Shown piece after piece: positions 36,923 through 46,347 of a stretch of DNA of 64,000 nt (position 1 is its first letter; each line of letters opens with the position of its first letter). The position numbers were made by a program, and so were the translations under genes. This stretch comes from a virus, in IMG/VR virus record IMGVR_UViG_3300028800_000083; one strand, given 5' to 3'. The notes under the pieces were generated by a model, which ran no database searches, was not told the DNA's origin, and was given only the letters and a program-made list of their open reading frames with translations.

Positions 36923-37254
36923 CTTCCGCCGGGAACGTCGAGTGCGACCTCACGCCCCATCGCACGGTAGTGAAGACGGCGTTCGTCGATGTTGTCTTGC
37001 ACGTCCGGCGTGGGCGTCTCCTCGGCGTCGTCGAACTCGCCGCCGTTGTCCGAGATCGTGTAGCGCTCCTCGTCGTCCTCGTCCTCGTCCTCGTCGTCCT
37101 CGTCGTCGTCCTCGTCGTCGTCCTCGTCGTCGTCCTCGTCGTCGTCTTCGTCGTTGTCCGCATGCACCGAAACCGAGATCGTCACTGGCTGCTTCGCGGC
37201 GAGCGCGGCAGCGATCTCACGATCGAGTTGGGCGGCGGTCTTCTTACGCTTCAC
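36919..37254 (-). CDS. highly acidic protein (DE-rich run) with N-terminal MKRKKTAAQLDREIAAALAA motif; DNA-mimic candidate
   Basis: 111 aa; contains DNDEDDDEDDDEDDDEDDDEDDEDEDEDDEE. Confidence 0.5.
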   Translation of the reverse strand: MKRKKTAAQLDREIAAALAAKQPVTISVSVHADNDEDDDEDDDEDDDEDDDEDDEDEDEDDEERYTISDNGGEFDDAEETPTPDVQDNIDERRLHYRAMGREVALDVPGGR

Positions 37255-37292
37255 GGCGTCACGCTACCAGCACGGTAAGGCGGTGCTTACGT

Positions 37293-37559
37293 CTAGGGTT
37301 TCAGGATCAGGTCCACGAGTGTCCTGATATTGTCGTCGGTCGCTCCATTGAGGCGTGCCGCTACAATCGCCAGCCCCATCAAGTGTCCGGACAAACCGAA
37401 GAGGTCGTAGCAAGGGGCTGCGTCGCTGCGGGCCTCGCATTCATCGGTGCTGATCACGCACAGCCTGTGCAGCGTAGTCAGTTGGCTTTCGAGCAGTGCA
37501 CGGGTGTGATCGATGCTTTCGAGGCACTCTTCGATCTCGATCGCGGGTTCGGCGCTCAT
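37293..37559 (-). CDS. hypothetical small protein
   Basis: 88 aa. Confidence 0.35.
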   Translation of the reverse strand: MSAEPAIEIEECLESIDHTRALLESQLTTLHRLCVISTDECEARSDAAPCYDLFGLSGHLMGLAIVAARLNGATDDNIRTLVDLILKP

Positions 37560-37664
37560 TGGCGTAGTGTCCTGGCAGGCGCTTCGATCCTCGATGAATC
37601 AAGTGGCTTCCGATTCATGTTTTCACCTCGCTATGTATTCGAGCCTGAGAAGCGTGATCGGTGA

Positions 37665-38141
37665 TCAGCGCGGTCGCACCTCGGAGCGCTTCTTCCAGAT
37701 CTCGTGGCGACGCGGCGGTTCGCCAGTCCTCCTGGCCTCTTCGAGGTCGTACTTGAACGAATACTCGACGCGCACGCGCTTCGGTGTCGCGCGCACGACG
37801 ACTCCGGGCCGGTAGCCGTGGGCGCTCTTCCCCGAGTAGCTCGGCGATTTGAACGAGACCTTGTCGCCAGGCTGGTAGTCGCGCTCGGTGCTCTTCAGGT
37901 GCGGGATGAGGGCTGGCGAGGGGTTCGCGGCGGAGTAGCCGGCACCGAGCGAGAGGCCCTGGTTCTCGACGTAGCCCTTCCAGTGCACGAGCAGGCGCTC
38001 GGCGCTCGACACGGAGGCGCTGAGCGCGTGGGCGCCCCACTTGCCGCCGTCCATCACGATCTGATCGCCCTTGCGGTAGAGCTGGAGGCCGCCGGGCTTG
38101 GGGAGTGTTGCGATCAGGTTGTCGGCTTCGGTGTTGGTCAT
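37665..38141 (-). CDS. hypothetical protein
   Basis: 158 aa. Confidence 0.45.
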   Translation of the reverse strand: MTNTEADNLIATLPKPGGLQLYRKGDQIVMDGGKWGAHALSASVSSAERLLVHWKGYVENQGLSLGAGYSAANPSPALIPHLKSTERDYQPGDKVSFKSPSYSGKSAHGYRPGVVVRATPKRVRVEYSFKYDLEEARRTGEPPRRHEIWKKRSEVRPR

Positions 38142-38144
38142 GAC

Positions 38145-38387
38145 CTAGTTACCCCAGTCGAGGGCGTCGTAGTTCGTCGAGTAGGCCGCCGTCGCGCCGA
38201 CCGAGGTCGACGTACCGCGTCGGATCCCGACGGCGCCGTCGTCCTCGACCCAGGTGGCGTGACTTTCTGGATCGATCTGCGCGTGGTTCTGCGGCTCGGT
38301 TTCGTCGGCACCGTAGTAGAAGCGCGCCCTGGCGGCGCTGCCGTCACGGTAGTTGAGGAAGCCCGTCTTGGCTCGAAGCGCGCCCAT
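38145..38387 (-). CDS. hypothetical small protein
   Basis: 80 aa. Confidence 0.35.
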   Translation of the reverse strand: MGALRAKTGFLNYRDGSAARARFYYGADETEPQNHAQIDPESHATWVEDDGAVGIRRGTSTSVGATAAYSTNYDALDWGN

Positions 38388-38397
38388 CGGGGGGATC

Positions 38398-38973
38398 TTA
38401 CCGCGGAGGCCGGGCCAGGTCTCTTTTTGGATCAGGCGGCTGGGCGACCTCCGCGAGGGAGAGCGCGACGCGCCGGAGCAGCCCCGCGGTCTCGACCCGC
38501 GCGCCGGACCACTTGCTCTCGCGGGGCCCGGCGATGAGCAGCCTTGTCGGGATGGGGTTGAGAGGTGCCCCGAGCAGAGGCAACGGCAGCGTCTTCGTCA
38601 TCATCATCAGGTCGCTCCAGATCCAGCGCGCGACCCGCGCCGGATCGCACGTCGGGTCGACGATCAGGCGGGGGAGGTGACGTCCGGCTGCGAGGTCGAT
38701 CGTCTTGGCGGTGCCGGGTGTCACCCGTGGGTCGTCGGCGTCGTGGACCACGATCAGCGCAGCGCTCGCCCTCTGTACGTTGGCCTCGGTGCGCGCGGCG
38801 TAGCTGGTCTTGTCGTGCAGCGTGAGGAACCGCGCGACGGCCTCCGGGATCTTGCCGCGCTCGTCGCGGCCGTCGCGCGGCATGTAGCCCGTGACGAGCC
38901 AGCCGTTGTCGAGGGCGGCCTCGTGCGCGCCGCGGTCGACACCCGTCTGTCCGCCATGCACGACTGTGATCAT
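38398..38973 (-). CDS. SLOG-family / putative molybdenum-carrier-like (YpsA-like) protein
   Basis: N-terminal MITVVHGGQTGVDRGAHEAALDNG matches the SGGQTGADRAALD signature; 191 aa. Confidence 0.55.
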   Translation of the reverse strand: MITVVHGGQTGVDRGAHEAALDNGWLVTGYMPRDGRDERGKIPEAVARFLTLHDKTSYAARTEANVQRASAALIVVHDADDPRVTPGTAKTIDLAAGRHLPRLIVDPTCDPARVARWIWSDLMMMTKTLPLPLLGAPLNPIPTRLLIAGPRESKWSGARVETAGLLRRVALSLAEVAQPPDPKRDLARPPR

Positions 38974-39446
38974 GGGGTCTTCGCCTCCGCCACTGCCTCG
39001 ACGCTCCTCGTCGTCGTCGTGTCCTTCGCCTGGTAGCCGATCGCGCAGAGGACCTCGGCCTCGGCAGCCCGGTGCGCTTGCTCCGCCACGGCAAGAGTGG
39101 TCTTCGCGTCCTCGATCGCGCGTGCTGTCGACTGGAGACGTTGGAGCGCCGTGGCGGGCAGCCTCCGCGCGCGCAGGTCCAGCTCGGCGAGTGCCGTCAG
39201 GATGTCACGGCACGCGAGGTGCCCGAGGCCGTCGCGATCTAGGGCGCCGACTTGGCGCGTGGCGTTCGCGAGGGCTTCGGCAACCTGGCCCCTCGTGACG
39301 AGGACGAGCGCGTGGTCCGGGTCGATCAGTAGCCTCAGCGCCTCGGCGGGCGGGAATCGTGAGCGCTCGCCGACAGCGCGCTGGCGCGGACTCCTGGAGC
39401 ACGTCGTCCGGTTGTGCCCGTCCTCGCGGCAGAGGGCGCACTTCAT
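38970..39446 (-). CDS. hypothetical protein with CCHC zinc knuckle
   Basis: ATG at 39446 (MKCALCREDGHNRTTC, C-x2-C-x4-H-x4-C); the upstream Arg-rich extension is rejected. Confidence 0.45.
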   Translation of the reverse strand: MKCALCREDGHNRTTCSRSPRQRAVGERSRFPPAEALRLLIDPDHALVLVTRGQVAEALANATRQVGALDRDGLGHLACRDILTALAELDLRARRLPATALQRLQSTARAIEDAKTTLAVAEQAHRAAEAEVLCAIGYQAKDTTTTRSVEAVAEAKTP

Positions 39447-39709
39447 GGCAGGGCCCTGCCCAGGTCGCGCTCGAGTCGCGCGCGCTTCGCCGCGCGGTCG
39501 TCCTCGTCGCCCGTGTCGCTGTTGACGTGGATTGTCGGTGCGACGTGCAGCTCGACGCGGCAGAGCGCCCCGCCGACGTTCGCCAGGCACAACCAGCGCC
39601 CGTCGAACGTCTTCAGCGCCTTGCCGACGTAGCGGATGCCAGTTGACTCGTCGACGACGCCGTCGACGTCGATCTCGGTCGCGTCGGCGTTCGTAGTGAC
39701 TTCCACCAT
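39443..39709 (-). CDS. hypothetical small protein, motif-like C-terminus (AAKRARLERDLGRAL)
   Basis: ATG at 39709; ~88 aa. Confidence 0.35.
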   Translation of the reverse strand: MVEVTTNADATEIDVDGVVDESTGIRYVGKALKTFDGRWLCLANVGGALCRVELHVAPTIHVNSDTGDEDDRAAKRARLERDLGRALP

Positions 39710-39728
39710 CAGCGCTTCTCCTTGATGA

Positions 39729-40016
39729 TCACGAGGCACGCGTCCCTGATCGGGAGGGCAGTGTCCAGCCGTTCACGAGGTACGTGCGCGGCGTGTCATC
39801 CCGCAGCGGTGGCAGCGTCTCAGCGGGCTCGCCGTCGTAGTGCCGCTGTATGGCGCCGCAGGCAGGGCACCACAGGATCGCGAGCCCGGTGAGCGGCTCG
39901 GGTGGGACGGTGTCGAGGGAGAACGTGCCTGCGATCCAGCTCGGGCGGTCGTGGGCACAGAGGTCCTTGATCCGGTTGTCACCCATCGCTTTTGCTCCAT
40001 GGGCGGAGGCGTTCAT
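39729..40016 (-). CDS. hypothetical small protein
   Basis: ATG at 40016 (MNASAHGAKAMG..); contains CPACG. Confidence 0.35.
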   Translation of the reverse strand: MNASAHGAKAMGDNRIKDLCAHDRPSWIAGTFSLDTVPPEPLTGLAILWCPACGAIQRHYDGEPAETLPPLRDDTPRTYLVNGWTLPSRSGTRAS

Positions 40017-40414
40017 CGCAGCACAACTTTGATCACGTCCGTCTTCGCGTTCATTGACGATTCGATGCCGCTGCCGCTGTTCGCAGTCAGTTCTCCGGTC
40101 TTCACGAACAAGCGCTGTGCGCCGAGGTAACCGCCATGGCCTGCGTTGTCGCCCGACACAGGCCAATAGATGAAGTGTTCCCCACGCGCCAGGGCGCCAA
40201 ACTTGAGCTTCTGGTCTGACATCGTTTGCACCGCGGGTTTTTGATCGGGCTCGTCGTCGAGGACTTCTCCGATGTCCCAGGGCGTAACTTGCTCCTCGGG
40301 TCCGTCGGCATAGCGCACGCGGTCGTCTTCGCCGTCGGGCGTGACCTTGGTGACGACGGCGATTCGCCCGTCGCGCATGCGGACGCGCGTCCCGGGACTC
40401 GGCATGAAGCTCAT
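40013..40414 (-). CDS. hypothetical protein
   Basis: ATG at 40414 (MSFMPSPGTRVRMRDG); ATGA overlaps on both sides. Confidence 0.45.
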   Translation of the reverse strand: MSFMPSPGTRVRMRDGRIAVVTKVTPDGEDDRVRYADGPEEQVTPWDIGEVLDDEPDQKPAVQTMSDQKLKFGALARGEHFIYWPVSGDNAGHGGYLGAQRLFVKTGELTANSGSGIESSMNAKTDVIKVVLR

Positions 40415-40683
40415 GGCTCGACGCTCCTGGTGGCGATCGCCCGCTGGTACGCCTCGGGCGCGTGTTCGACGCCCCAGTGCGCGCGCGTCACCCACTCGAT
40501 GAACTGAGATGCGAGGCTCTTGCCCGCGCCGGTCGCGGCGTCGATCGCGGCGTTGATCGGCACTGTCACGGCGCAGATCTCGAGGCCGGTCGCGGCGGTG
40601 AACTGCTCGCGCATCTGCGGCTCGTTCCACGCCCACAGGACGAAGTCCCGCCAACCGATCGCGTTCAGGTCGTCGAGGGTCAC
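40411..40683 (-). CDS. hypothetical small protein
   Basis: 90 aa; coupled to its neighbours. Confidence 0.4.
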   Translation of the reverse strand: MTLDDLNAIGWRDFVLWAWNEPQMREQFTAATGLEICAVTVPINAAIDAATGAGKSLASQFIEWVTRAHWGVEHAPEAYQRAIATRSVEP

Positions 40684-40970
40684 TTTTTGGTCTCACGGCC
40701 GGCCCCGCGCAGGAAGCTCTCCTGTCGGAGTCGGAGCTGCTGCTCCTCGTCGTGACCTTCGCGCAGGAGAGCACGCCGCTCGCGCTGCTTCTCCTCGTTC
40801 GCGAGGCGCGCGCGCTGCGCGCGCCTCGCGCCGTCGGCCCTGGTCGCGGACACGAGCTGCGTTGCGCGCAGGGCTTCTTGCAGGGATGACAAGCGTGGTT
40901 CTCCTTGAGGGTTACGTGAAGCGGCGGAGTGATCCGTCCGCTGCGCGCTCGAGACGGATCTTCTCGTCAT
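40680..40970 (-). CDS. hypothetical small protein (low complexity)
   Basis: 96 aa, Arg/Gln/Glu-rich; only its operon position supports it. Confidence 0.25.
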   Translation of the reverse strand: MTRRSVSSAQRTDHSAASRNPQGEPRLSSLQEALRATQLVSATRADGARRAQRARLANEEKQRERRALLREGHDEEQQLRLRQESFLRGAGRETKK

Positions 40971-41481
40971 TGTACAGCGTGCGTGCCTCGACGCTCTTGC
41001 CGTGGTCCCAGGTCACGATCGCCGTGCCCTCGTACGAACTCCCGATCGTGAAGTTCGTGTACTTGACCTTGTCGCCTGGTCGGAGCGTACGGGCCACCTT
41101 GGGCGCAGGTTCGACGCGGGTGGTGGGTATGGGCTCTTGGTGTGCGTGCTTTGGGATCGGTGGCGATCCTGGGGGCAGGGTCACCGTGATCGAGACCCAC
41201 TCGTCGACGACCTCGGTGCGGGCCTTCGCGCCAGGTACCGCCGCTTCGATCTCCTTGGCCTTCGTCCTAGCGAACTGGACCGTCCCGGGGTCGGCACGTC
41301 CTTCGACGATGTCGCCTTCGTCGCGAGACGTGAAGTGAAGTTGGTTGTCCGCATCGTCGTAAGCTTCTTCCTCGTCGAAGCCCGTCGATCGCATGAGGCG
41401 GCGGACCACCTCAAGCGCGCTCGGGCCGCTGGGACCGGCAGGTGGATTCTTCTTGCGCGTGCGTGCTTGCGTGGTGCTCAT
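40912..41481 (-). CDS. hypothetical protein
   Basis: ATG at 41481 (MSTTQARTRKKNPPAG); 190 aa. Confidence 0.45.
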   Translation of the reverse strand: MSTTQARTRKKNPPAGPSGPSALEVVRRLMRSTGFDEEEAYDDADNQLHFTSRDEGDIVEGRADPGTVQFARTKAKEIEAAVPGAKARTEVVDEWVSITVTLPPGSPPIPKHAHQEPIPTTRVEPAPKVARTLRPGDKVKYTNFTIGSSYEGTAIVTWDHGKSVEARTLYNDEKIRLERAADGSLRRFT

Positions 41482-41726
41482 GGTGACTCCTCGGCGATCC
41501 TGCGTTCGACAAGCCCTCGGCGGAGGACCGCCCACCCCTCGCGGTCCGCCTTGGTGAGGGCGCGCCGCGCCGCGGCGGCCCATGTCTCGTGGCCGCGCGT
41601 CGTGTAGAGGACCACGCCGGTCTCGATGTTGCGATCGTCGACCTCGTAGAGGCGCGCGTCACGTTCGCCCGATCGAAAGGGGACGCGCGACGTCCGCTGG
41701 TGCACGCGCAGCTCGACGCGCTTCAC
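41478..41726 (-). CDS. hypothetical small protein
   Basis: ATGA overlap; 82 aa. Confidence 0.4.
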   Translation of the reverse strand: MKRVELRVHQRTSRVPFRSGERDARLYEVDDRNIETGVVLYTTRGHETWAAAARRALTKADREGWAVLRRGLVERRIAEESP

Positions 41727-42064
41727 GCGGGCCTCCCCGTCGCGGCTCCAACGGCGTCGCGCAGCTCGCTCGCCGTGAGGTCCCTCGTGCCCTCGTTCAG
41801 GACGAACTCGGTCTTACCGCCGCGCGCGAAGTAGATGTTGGTCGTGCGTGGGCCGACGGTGACGCGCAGGTCGGTGCTCGGCAGCGCGTAGCGCGCTCGC
41901 CCCCCGAGTGTCCGGTGCTCACCGCCGGTTCCGCCGTAGATCGGCGACCGCCTCGTCGGGATCCGCACGACCTCCTCGCGTGTCGCGCCCGCCGGAGTGA
42001 AGCCCAGCTCCAGGAGCGTCGTGACGACCTCGTCGACGGTCACGGCTCGTCCCTGAGCTTGCAA
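41723..42064 (-). CDS. hypothetical protein
   Basis: 113 aa; coupled. Confidence 0.4.
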   Translation of the reverse strand: MQAQGRAVTVDEVVTTLLELGFTPAGATREEVVRIPTRRSPIYGGTGGEHRTLGGRARYALPSTDLRVTVGPRTTNIYFARGGKTEFVLNEGTRDLTASELRDAVGAATGRPA

Positions 42065-42279
42065 GCGGCGCCACGGACCTCCGTGGCGACGTCGGCCGCG
42101 CGCTCGGCGTCGGCCGTCCCCGCGATGTAGGCCGTCAGCTTCTTGGGAGGAAACCAGTCGCGGAACATCATGGTGACCTGGTGGGGCTCGTAACCGGCAG
42201 CGTACATGCGTACGCGGAGCGTGTCCCTGTAGGCGCGCGCCGTGTCGGGGTGGTTGAAGCGCAAGAACGCGGCCTTCAT
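42040..42279 (-). CDS. hypothetical small protein
   Basis: 79 aa. Confidence 0.35.
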   Translation of the reverse strand: MKAAFLRFNHPDTARAYRDTLRVRMYAAGYEPHQVTMMFRDWFPPKKLTAYIAGTADAERAADVATEVRGAACKLRDEP

Positions 42280-42614
42280 CGGGGAGACTCCTCGCCGAGC
42301 GCCTCGGCGATCTCGGCGTCGAGTTGCGCGGGGGTCTTCGTCTCAGTGGCCTGGGGCGCCTTCCTCGCGCGCCACCAAGCGTTCAGCGCTGACTGGAGGG
42401 AGGGGAACGTCGATGGGAACGCCCGGTCGGTGTGCGGCGCGAGCCACTTCTCGATCCGGTAGCGCCTGCCCTTCGGGCCCAGCCAGGCGTGGCCGACGTG
42501 CTGGAACAGGTCGTTGTCGGGCGTCCACCAGAACCCGGGCAAGACGCTGTGGAGGACGATCGGGTGCGTGGCGCCGCGGGGACCGACGTGGAATGTCCGG
42601 CGCTGCTCGGCCAT
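42276..42614 (-). CDS. hypothetical protein with the motif at its C-terminus (TKTPAQLDAEIAEALGEESPR)
   Basis: 112 aa. Confidence 0.45.
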   Translation of the reverse strand: MAEQRRTFHVGPRGATHPIVLHSVLPGFWWTPDNDLFQHVGHAWLGPKGRRYRIEKWLAPHTDRAFPSTFPSLQSALNAWWRARKAPQATETKTPAQLDAEIAEALGEESPR

Positions 42615-42616
42615 GG

Positions 42617-42820
42617 TCAGTGTCCCTTCTTCATCGGGTGAAGCTCCTCGCTGACGGCCAGCCAGACGCGACGGAGGTCGCCGCCCAGCGACGAGCTGTT
42701 CGCGTTGTGGACGTGGTAGGTGTCCGAGACAGCCTGTAGTGCCGCTGCGGCTTTACCGGTACCCGCTGAGTGCAGGCTCCGCGCTCTGTACCCTTCCTCG
42801 GGCTCTTCACAGCTTTGCAC
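42617..42820 (-). CDS. hypothetical small protein
   Basis: 67 aa; weak. Confidence 0.25.
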   Translation of the reverse strand: MQSCEEPEEGYRARSLHSAGTGKAAAALQAVSDTYHVHNANSSSLGGDLRRVWLAVSEELHPMKKGH

Positions 42821-43142
42821 GGAGCGCGCGGATCTGCCGGCCGAACGGCGTGTTCCCGACGGAGAAGCCCCGCGACTGCGCCATGTGCCCGAAGTCTTCT
42901 TCGACGCTATCGACGAGGATGGACTTCAGGAAGTCGAAGTCTTCCCAGCCCCAGCCGTGCACGTTGAACAGGTACCCGCCGCGGTGGGGGGCTGCGTTCT
43001 GGAGGGACACCTTGATCTTGGCGGCGCGCGCCTTGTCTTCGCCTTCCCACCCGAGCGCGTCGATGGACTCGATCAGCGCGTCGCGCAGCATGTTGCCGAC
43101 GTAGTAGTAGTCCTCCTTGCTATTGCGCTTGCTCGTCGCCAT
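42807..43142 (-). CDS. hypothetical protein
   Basis: ATG at 43142 (MATSKRNSKEDYYYVGNMLRD); the upstream extension is rejected. Confidence 0.45.
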   Translation of the reverse strand: MATSKRNSKEDYYYVGNMLRDALIESIDALGWEGEDKARAAKIKVSLQNAAPHRGGYLFNVHGWGWEDFDFLKSILVDSVEEDFGHMAQSRGFSVGNTPFGRQIRALRAKL

Positions 43143-43150
43143 GGCACTTC

Positions 43151-43354
43151 CTAGGGGATCTTCTGCATCCCGTGCGGGTACGGGCACGGGCACGGGGCGG
43201 GAGGCTCTTCCCCGACGAGTGGGAGCGGTGATCCCGACAAGCACTGCCCCGTGTGGTCGTGGCAGTGCCGGTGGCCGCAGTGGTCGCACGCGCCGTCGCA
43301 GAGGCTGCCGTCATACGCGCGTGTCGCCGGGCGCTGGTCGAGTGCGAGGGGCAT
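43151..43354 (-). CDS. small Cys/His-rich protein
   Basis: 67 aa; CDGACDHCGHRHCHDH. Confidence 0.35.
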   Translation of the reverse strand: MPLALDQRPATRAYDGSLCDGACDHCGHRHCHDHTGQCLSGSPLPLVGEEPPAPCPCPYPHGMQKIP

Positions 43355-43362
43355 GGGTGATC

Positions 43363-43698
43363 CTACCGCGGAACGCCTTCACGGTGACGGGTGGACAGCC
43401 TCGTCCACAGCGCGGTCGTCTCCTCGACGTGGTGCGCGCGCAGGTCCTTGTACGCGCGGCGCAGGTCGTCGAGCGTCGCGTGCTCGAGAGCGTCGTCGTC
43501 GAGCTCGTGGAAGCGCGCGAGCCTCGCGGGGCGGTAGCCGTCGCAGCCGTGGCAGCTCATCTTGCCGGCGATGCACGGGCCGCCGCGGTGCGCGTGCCTC
43601 TGGCACCCGCACGCGCAGGTTGGGTGGGCAGGGCAGTAGTCGCCGTCCTGATCGCAGGTGCAGATCTGGCTCGGCGGAGCTTCTTGGTTAGCGCCCAA
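43363..43698 (-). CDS. small Cys-rich protein
   Basis: 111 aa; CTCDQDGDYCPAHPTCACGC...CHGC. Confidence 0.4.
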   Translation of the reverse strand: MGANQEAPPSQICTCDQDGDYCPAHPTCACGCQRHAHRGGPCIAGKMSCHGCDGYRPARLARFHELDDDALEHATLDDLRRAYKDLRAHHVEETTALWTRLSTRHREGVPR

Positions 43699-43981
43699 GG
43701 CGCTCCCTCATGTCGAGGATGAGCCCTTGATGGGCTCTGTCGAGGTCGTTCAGGATCTGCGTTGTCTGAAGTTGCATGGAGGCGTAGCCCGTCAGGAACG
43801 CGCACACGCTCTGCCGGGTCCCGACGTACTGGACGTCGTACTGGAGGGGTCCTGCGAAGCGTCCAGCGGTTAGGGTCCACTCGTCTGTGCCAGGCGCACG
43901 ATCAAAGACGACTTGGAAACCGCAAGCCTCTGCCAGTGCAGTGAGCACTTCGGTGGGTAGGTTGTCTTCGATCTTACTCAT
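43688..43981 (-). CDS. hypothetical small protein
   Basis: 97 aa. Confidence 0.4.
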   Translation of the reverse strand: MSKIEDNLPTEVLTALAEACGFQVVFDRAPGTDEWTLTAGRFAGPLQYDVQYVGTRQSVCAFLTGYASMQLQTTQILNDLDRAHQGLILDMRERLGR

Positions 43982-44034
43982 TGGGTCTCAACCGGATCTG
44001 GACAGGTCTCTCGTCGGAACGTCGGAACGGCCTC

Positions 44035-44679
44035 TCACATTGACGTAGCTGGGGAGTGCGCGTCGGCGGCTACCCGCGGCTGATCCACATGTGCCGCGTG
44101 AGGCTCCTGCCGTGGGCGATCGCGCAGCGCGAGACTCCTGCCGCGGGCGATCATGGCGTGGACCTCGGCCAATCGATCGTTGCTGAGGGAGAGGCGCTGC
44201 TCTTCTGCGATGCGCTCCAGGGCATCACACAACTCGAGGATCACCGCATCGCGCGGCTCGACGCGCACGCGGCGCACGCGGTCTTTCGGCTCCACGTACT
44301 GAAGGATCGCCACCTCGTGGTTGGTCACGTAACAGCGGCGATCGTCGATCTTCTTGAGCACGCCCTCGTTCGTTAGTTCAGCGACACGTGCGCGCCACAG
44401 GTTCAGGTTCTCGCTGAGACCTGCGGCTCGTAGCACCTCGGTAGCTGAGCCGGGGCTGAACTTCCGAAAAGCCTGGATGACGATGTCGCGCTTGCGCTGG
44501 AGCCGCCCACTGTCTTCCTCGATGTGGAAGGCGTCGATGCTGGTGGGCGGATGGGCCCTGTCGAACGCACTGACGTAGGTGACGTTGTCGAGTGACGGTG
44601 TCGCGTTGGAGTCGTTGTTGTCGGGCACGTCTCCTCGTAGCACGTGGGTCTGATGAGCTGATGAGTAAGACGTATGCAC
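44035..44679 (-). CDS. hypothetical protein, possible winged-helix DNA-binding domain
   Basis: GTG at 44679 with a GGGAAG RBS; the ORF-track start at 44772 would overlap the upstream gene by 90 nt. ~214 aa. Confidence 0.4.
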   Translation of the reverse strand: MHTSYSSAHQTHVLRGDVPDNNDSNATPSLDNVTYVSAFDRAHPPTSIDAFHIEEDSGRLQRKRDIVIQAFRKFSPGSATEVLRAAGLSENLNLWRARVAELTNEGVLKKIDDRRCYVTNHEVAILQYVEPKDRVRRVRVEPRDAVILELCDALERIAEEQRLSLSNDRLAEVHAMIARGRSLALRDRPRQEPHAAHVDQPRVAADAHSPATSM

Positions 44680-44681
44680 GC

Positions 44682-45479
44682 TCAACGACTTCCCGGGGTG
44701 AGGATGCGCGTCGCGCCGATCGCGAGCTTCTCCTTCTGGCTGAGGTTGTCGACCAGGCCGCACTTGTTGCACTCCATGGCGAGGAGCGCGCGGGTAACGT
44801 CCTCGGCGCTGGAGTGCACGTTGCCGATCGGGAAGCAGTTCGAGGTCTCGCCGGCGACGATCGTGCCGTCGCTCGAGATGCTGGGCGCGCAGTTGCCGGA
44901 CATCCCAACCGCGGCCCGGGCGCGTATCACGAACAGCGCCTCGCGGACGTCGCCGAATGACCGGGTCAACGACCGTATGTTGAACGACGTGGGGGCCCGG
45001 TGGATCGGCGGCGAGGGTGGCAGCCGCGATCGCTTGAGCCGACCGAGCGTGACGAGCCGGGTCAGAGCCGGCTCGAACACGACGCGCGGGTCGTCCATAG
45101 GTACGGCCTTGGGCGCTCGCGGGTAGAACCTGGGGTCGTTGGTCACCTGGACCATCAGGTCAGGCCAGTCGGGGCGGAGGATCCTCGCGCGCAGCTCGGG
45201 GTCGTCGAGCCACAGGCCGTTGGTGATCAGGATGACCTGGTGAGCGTGGGCGAGCGCGGTCTCCAGGAACCACGCGACGTCGGGGTGCTCCGTCGCCTCG
45301 CCGCCGCTCAGGAGGAGCACCCGCGGGACCCCGCACGACCACGCGAGGCCCTCAAGCCGCGCGGTGAGAGCGAGCGCGGTGGTGAACGTCTCGCGGGTCA
45401 TGTGCTGACCGGTGACGGTCGAGTCTTCCATGCAGTGCGAGCAGCCCATGGAGCAGTAGTTGGTGATCTTGATCAGCAC
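44682..45479 (-). CDS. radical SAM domain protein
   Basis: N-terminal ITNYCSMGCSHC (CxxxCxxC) and LLLSGGEATEHPD (the GGE motif); 265 aa. Confidence 0.8.
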   Translation of the reverse strand: MLIKITNYCSMGCSHCMEDSTVTGQHMTRETFTTALALTARLEGLAWSCGVPRVLLLSGGEATEHPDVAWFLETALAHAHQVILITNGLWLDDPELRARILRPDWPDLMVQVTNDPRFYPRAPKAVPMDDPRVVFEPALTRLVTLGRLKRSRLPPSPPIHRAPTSFNIRSLTRSFGDVREALFVIRARAAVGMSGNCAPSISSDGTIVAGETSNCFPIGNVHSSAEDVTRALLAMECNKCGLVDNLSQKEKLAIGATRILTPGSR

Positions 45480-45498
45480 GCGACCTCCTCGCTAGATG

Positions 45499-46347
45499 CT
45501 AGATGCGACCAGCGGTTGGCTTCTTCCAAGCGTCGCGGTCGACGTACGCCGCGAACACGATCTTGTCCGCGTCCTTGGGGGCGCCGTTGCGGTTGATAGC
45601 GACGATGAAGGGCCCGTCGATCTTGACCGTGCGGACCGTACGGACGCCCCTGGTCACCGCGATCTCCGCAGCGGCACTCGCGCGCCCGCCGACCTCGTTC
45701 AGCTCCAGGCGGAGCTGCTCGACCGCCTGCGTGACCACGTTCGTGCCCGCGCGGAGGCCACGCATGTACTTGGCGTCGTCGCGGACGAGCAGGTCGACCA
45801 TCGGGAAGTCGAGTCGGACTTCTTCGCGCGCCGAACGACAGACCATAGCCAGCGCGCGTTCAGCTAGCTCGGCGGCGTGCACGGGTGCCGTGTCCGCCTG
45901 CTGGAAGCAGAAGCTGAAGCTCGCGTGCTGAGTGACGACCTCCACCACGGGATGCTCGCGGGGGGCTGAAGTGGACGTGTACGCGCCCTTCTTTAAGAGG
46001 ACGCGGTCGACCTCGCGTTCCCGGTACGCTTGTCCGATCGCGCGCCACTTGGCGATGATGTTCAGCGTGCTCGCGAGGAAGATGTCGTTGGGGGTGCCCT
46101 GCGTGACCTGGGCTTCCCAACCTTCGCTCTTCAACCACGCGACGTGCTGCTCGGCGGAGGCGGTGGCGTTGCGGTGGACCTCGGGCATCGTGGCGGCCAG
46201 CTCGGCGCGTCGCCGGAAGCTGCTGAGCCACGCTGCTTGGTCAGCTCGGTCAGGGCTCCCCAGCCACGTCGGGCTGCCCAGGAGATCGTCGGCCGCGGCG
46301 AGGGCTGTGGGCATCGTGAAAGGAGAAACAGCGAGGCACTTCGTCAT
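45499..46347 (-). CDS. hypothetical protein
   Basis: 282 aa. Confidence 0.5.
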   Translation of the reverse strand: MTKCLAVSPFTMPTALAAADDLLGSPTWLGSPDRADQAAWLSSFRRRAELAATMPEVHRNATASAEQHVAWLKSEGWEAQVTQGTPNDIFLASTLNIIAKWRAIGQAYREREVDRVLLKKGAYTSTSAPREHPVVEVVTQHASFSFCFQQADTAPVHAAELAERALAMVCRSAREEVRLDFPMVDLLVRDDAKYMRGLRAGTNVVTQAVEQLRLELNEVGGRASAAAEIAVTRGVRTVRTVKIDGPFIVAINRNGAPKDADKIVFAAYVDRDAWKKPTAGRI

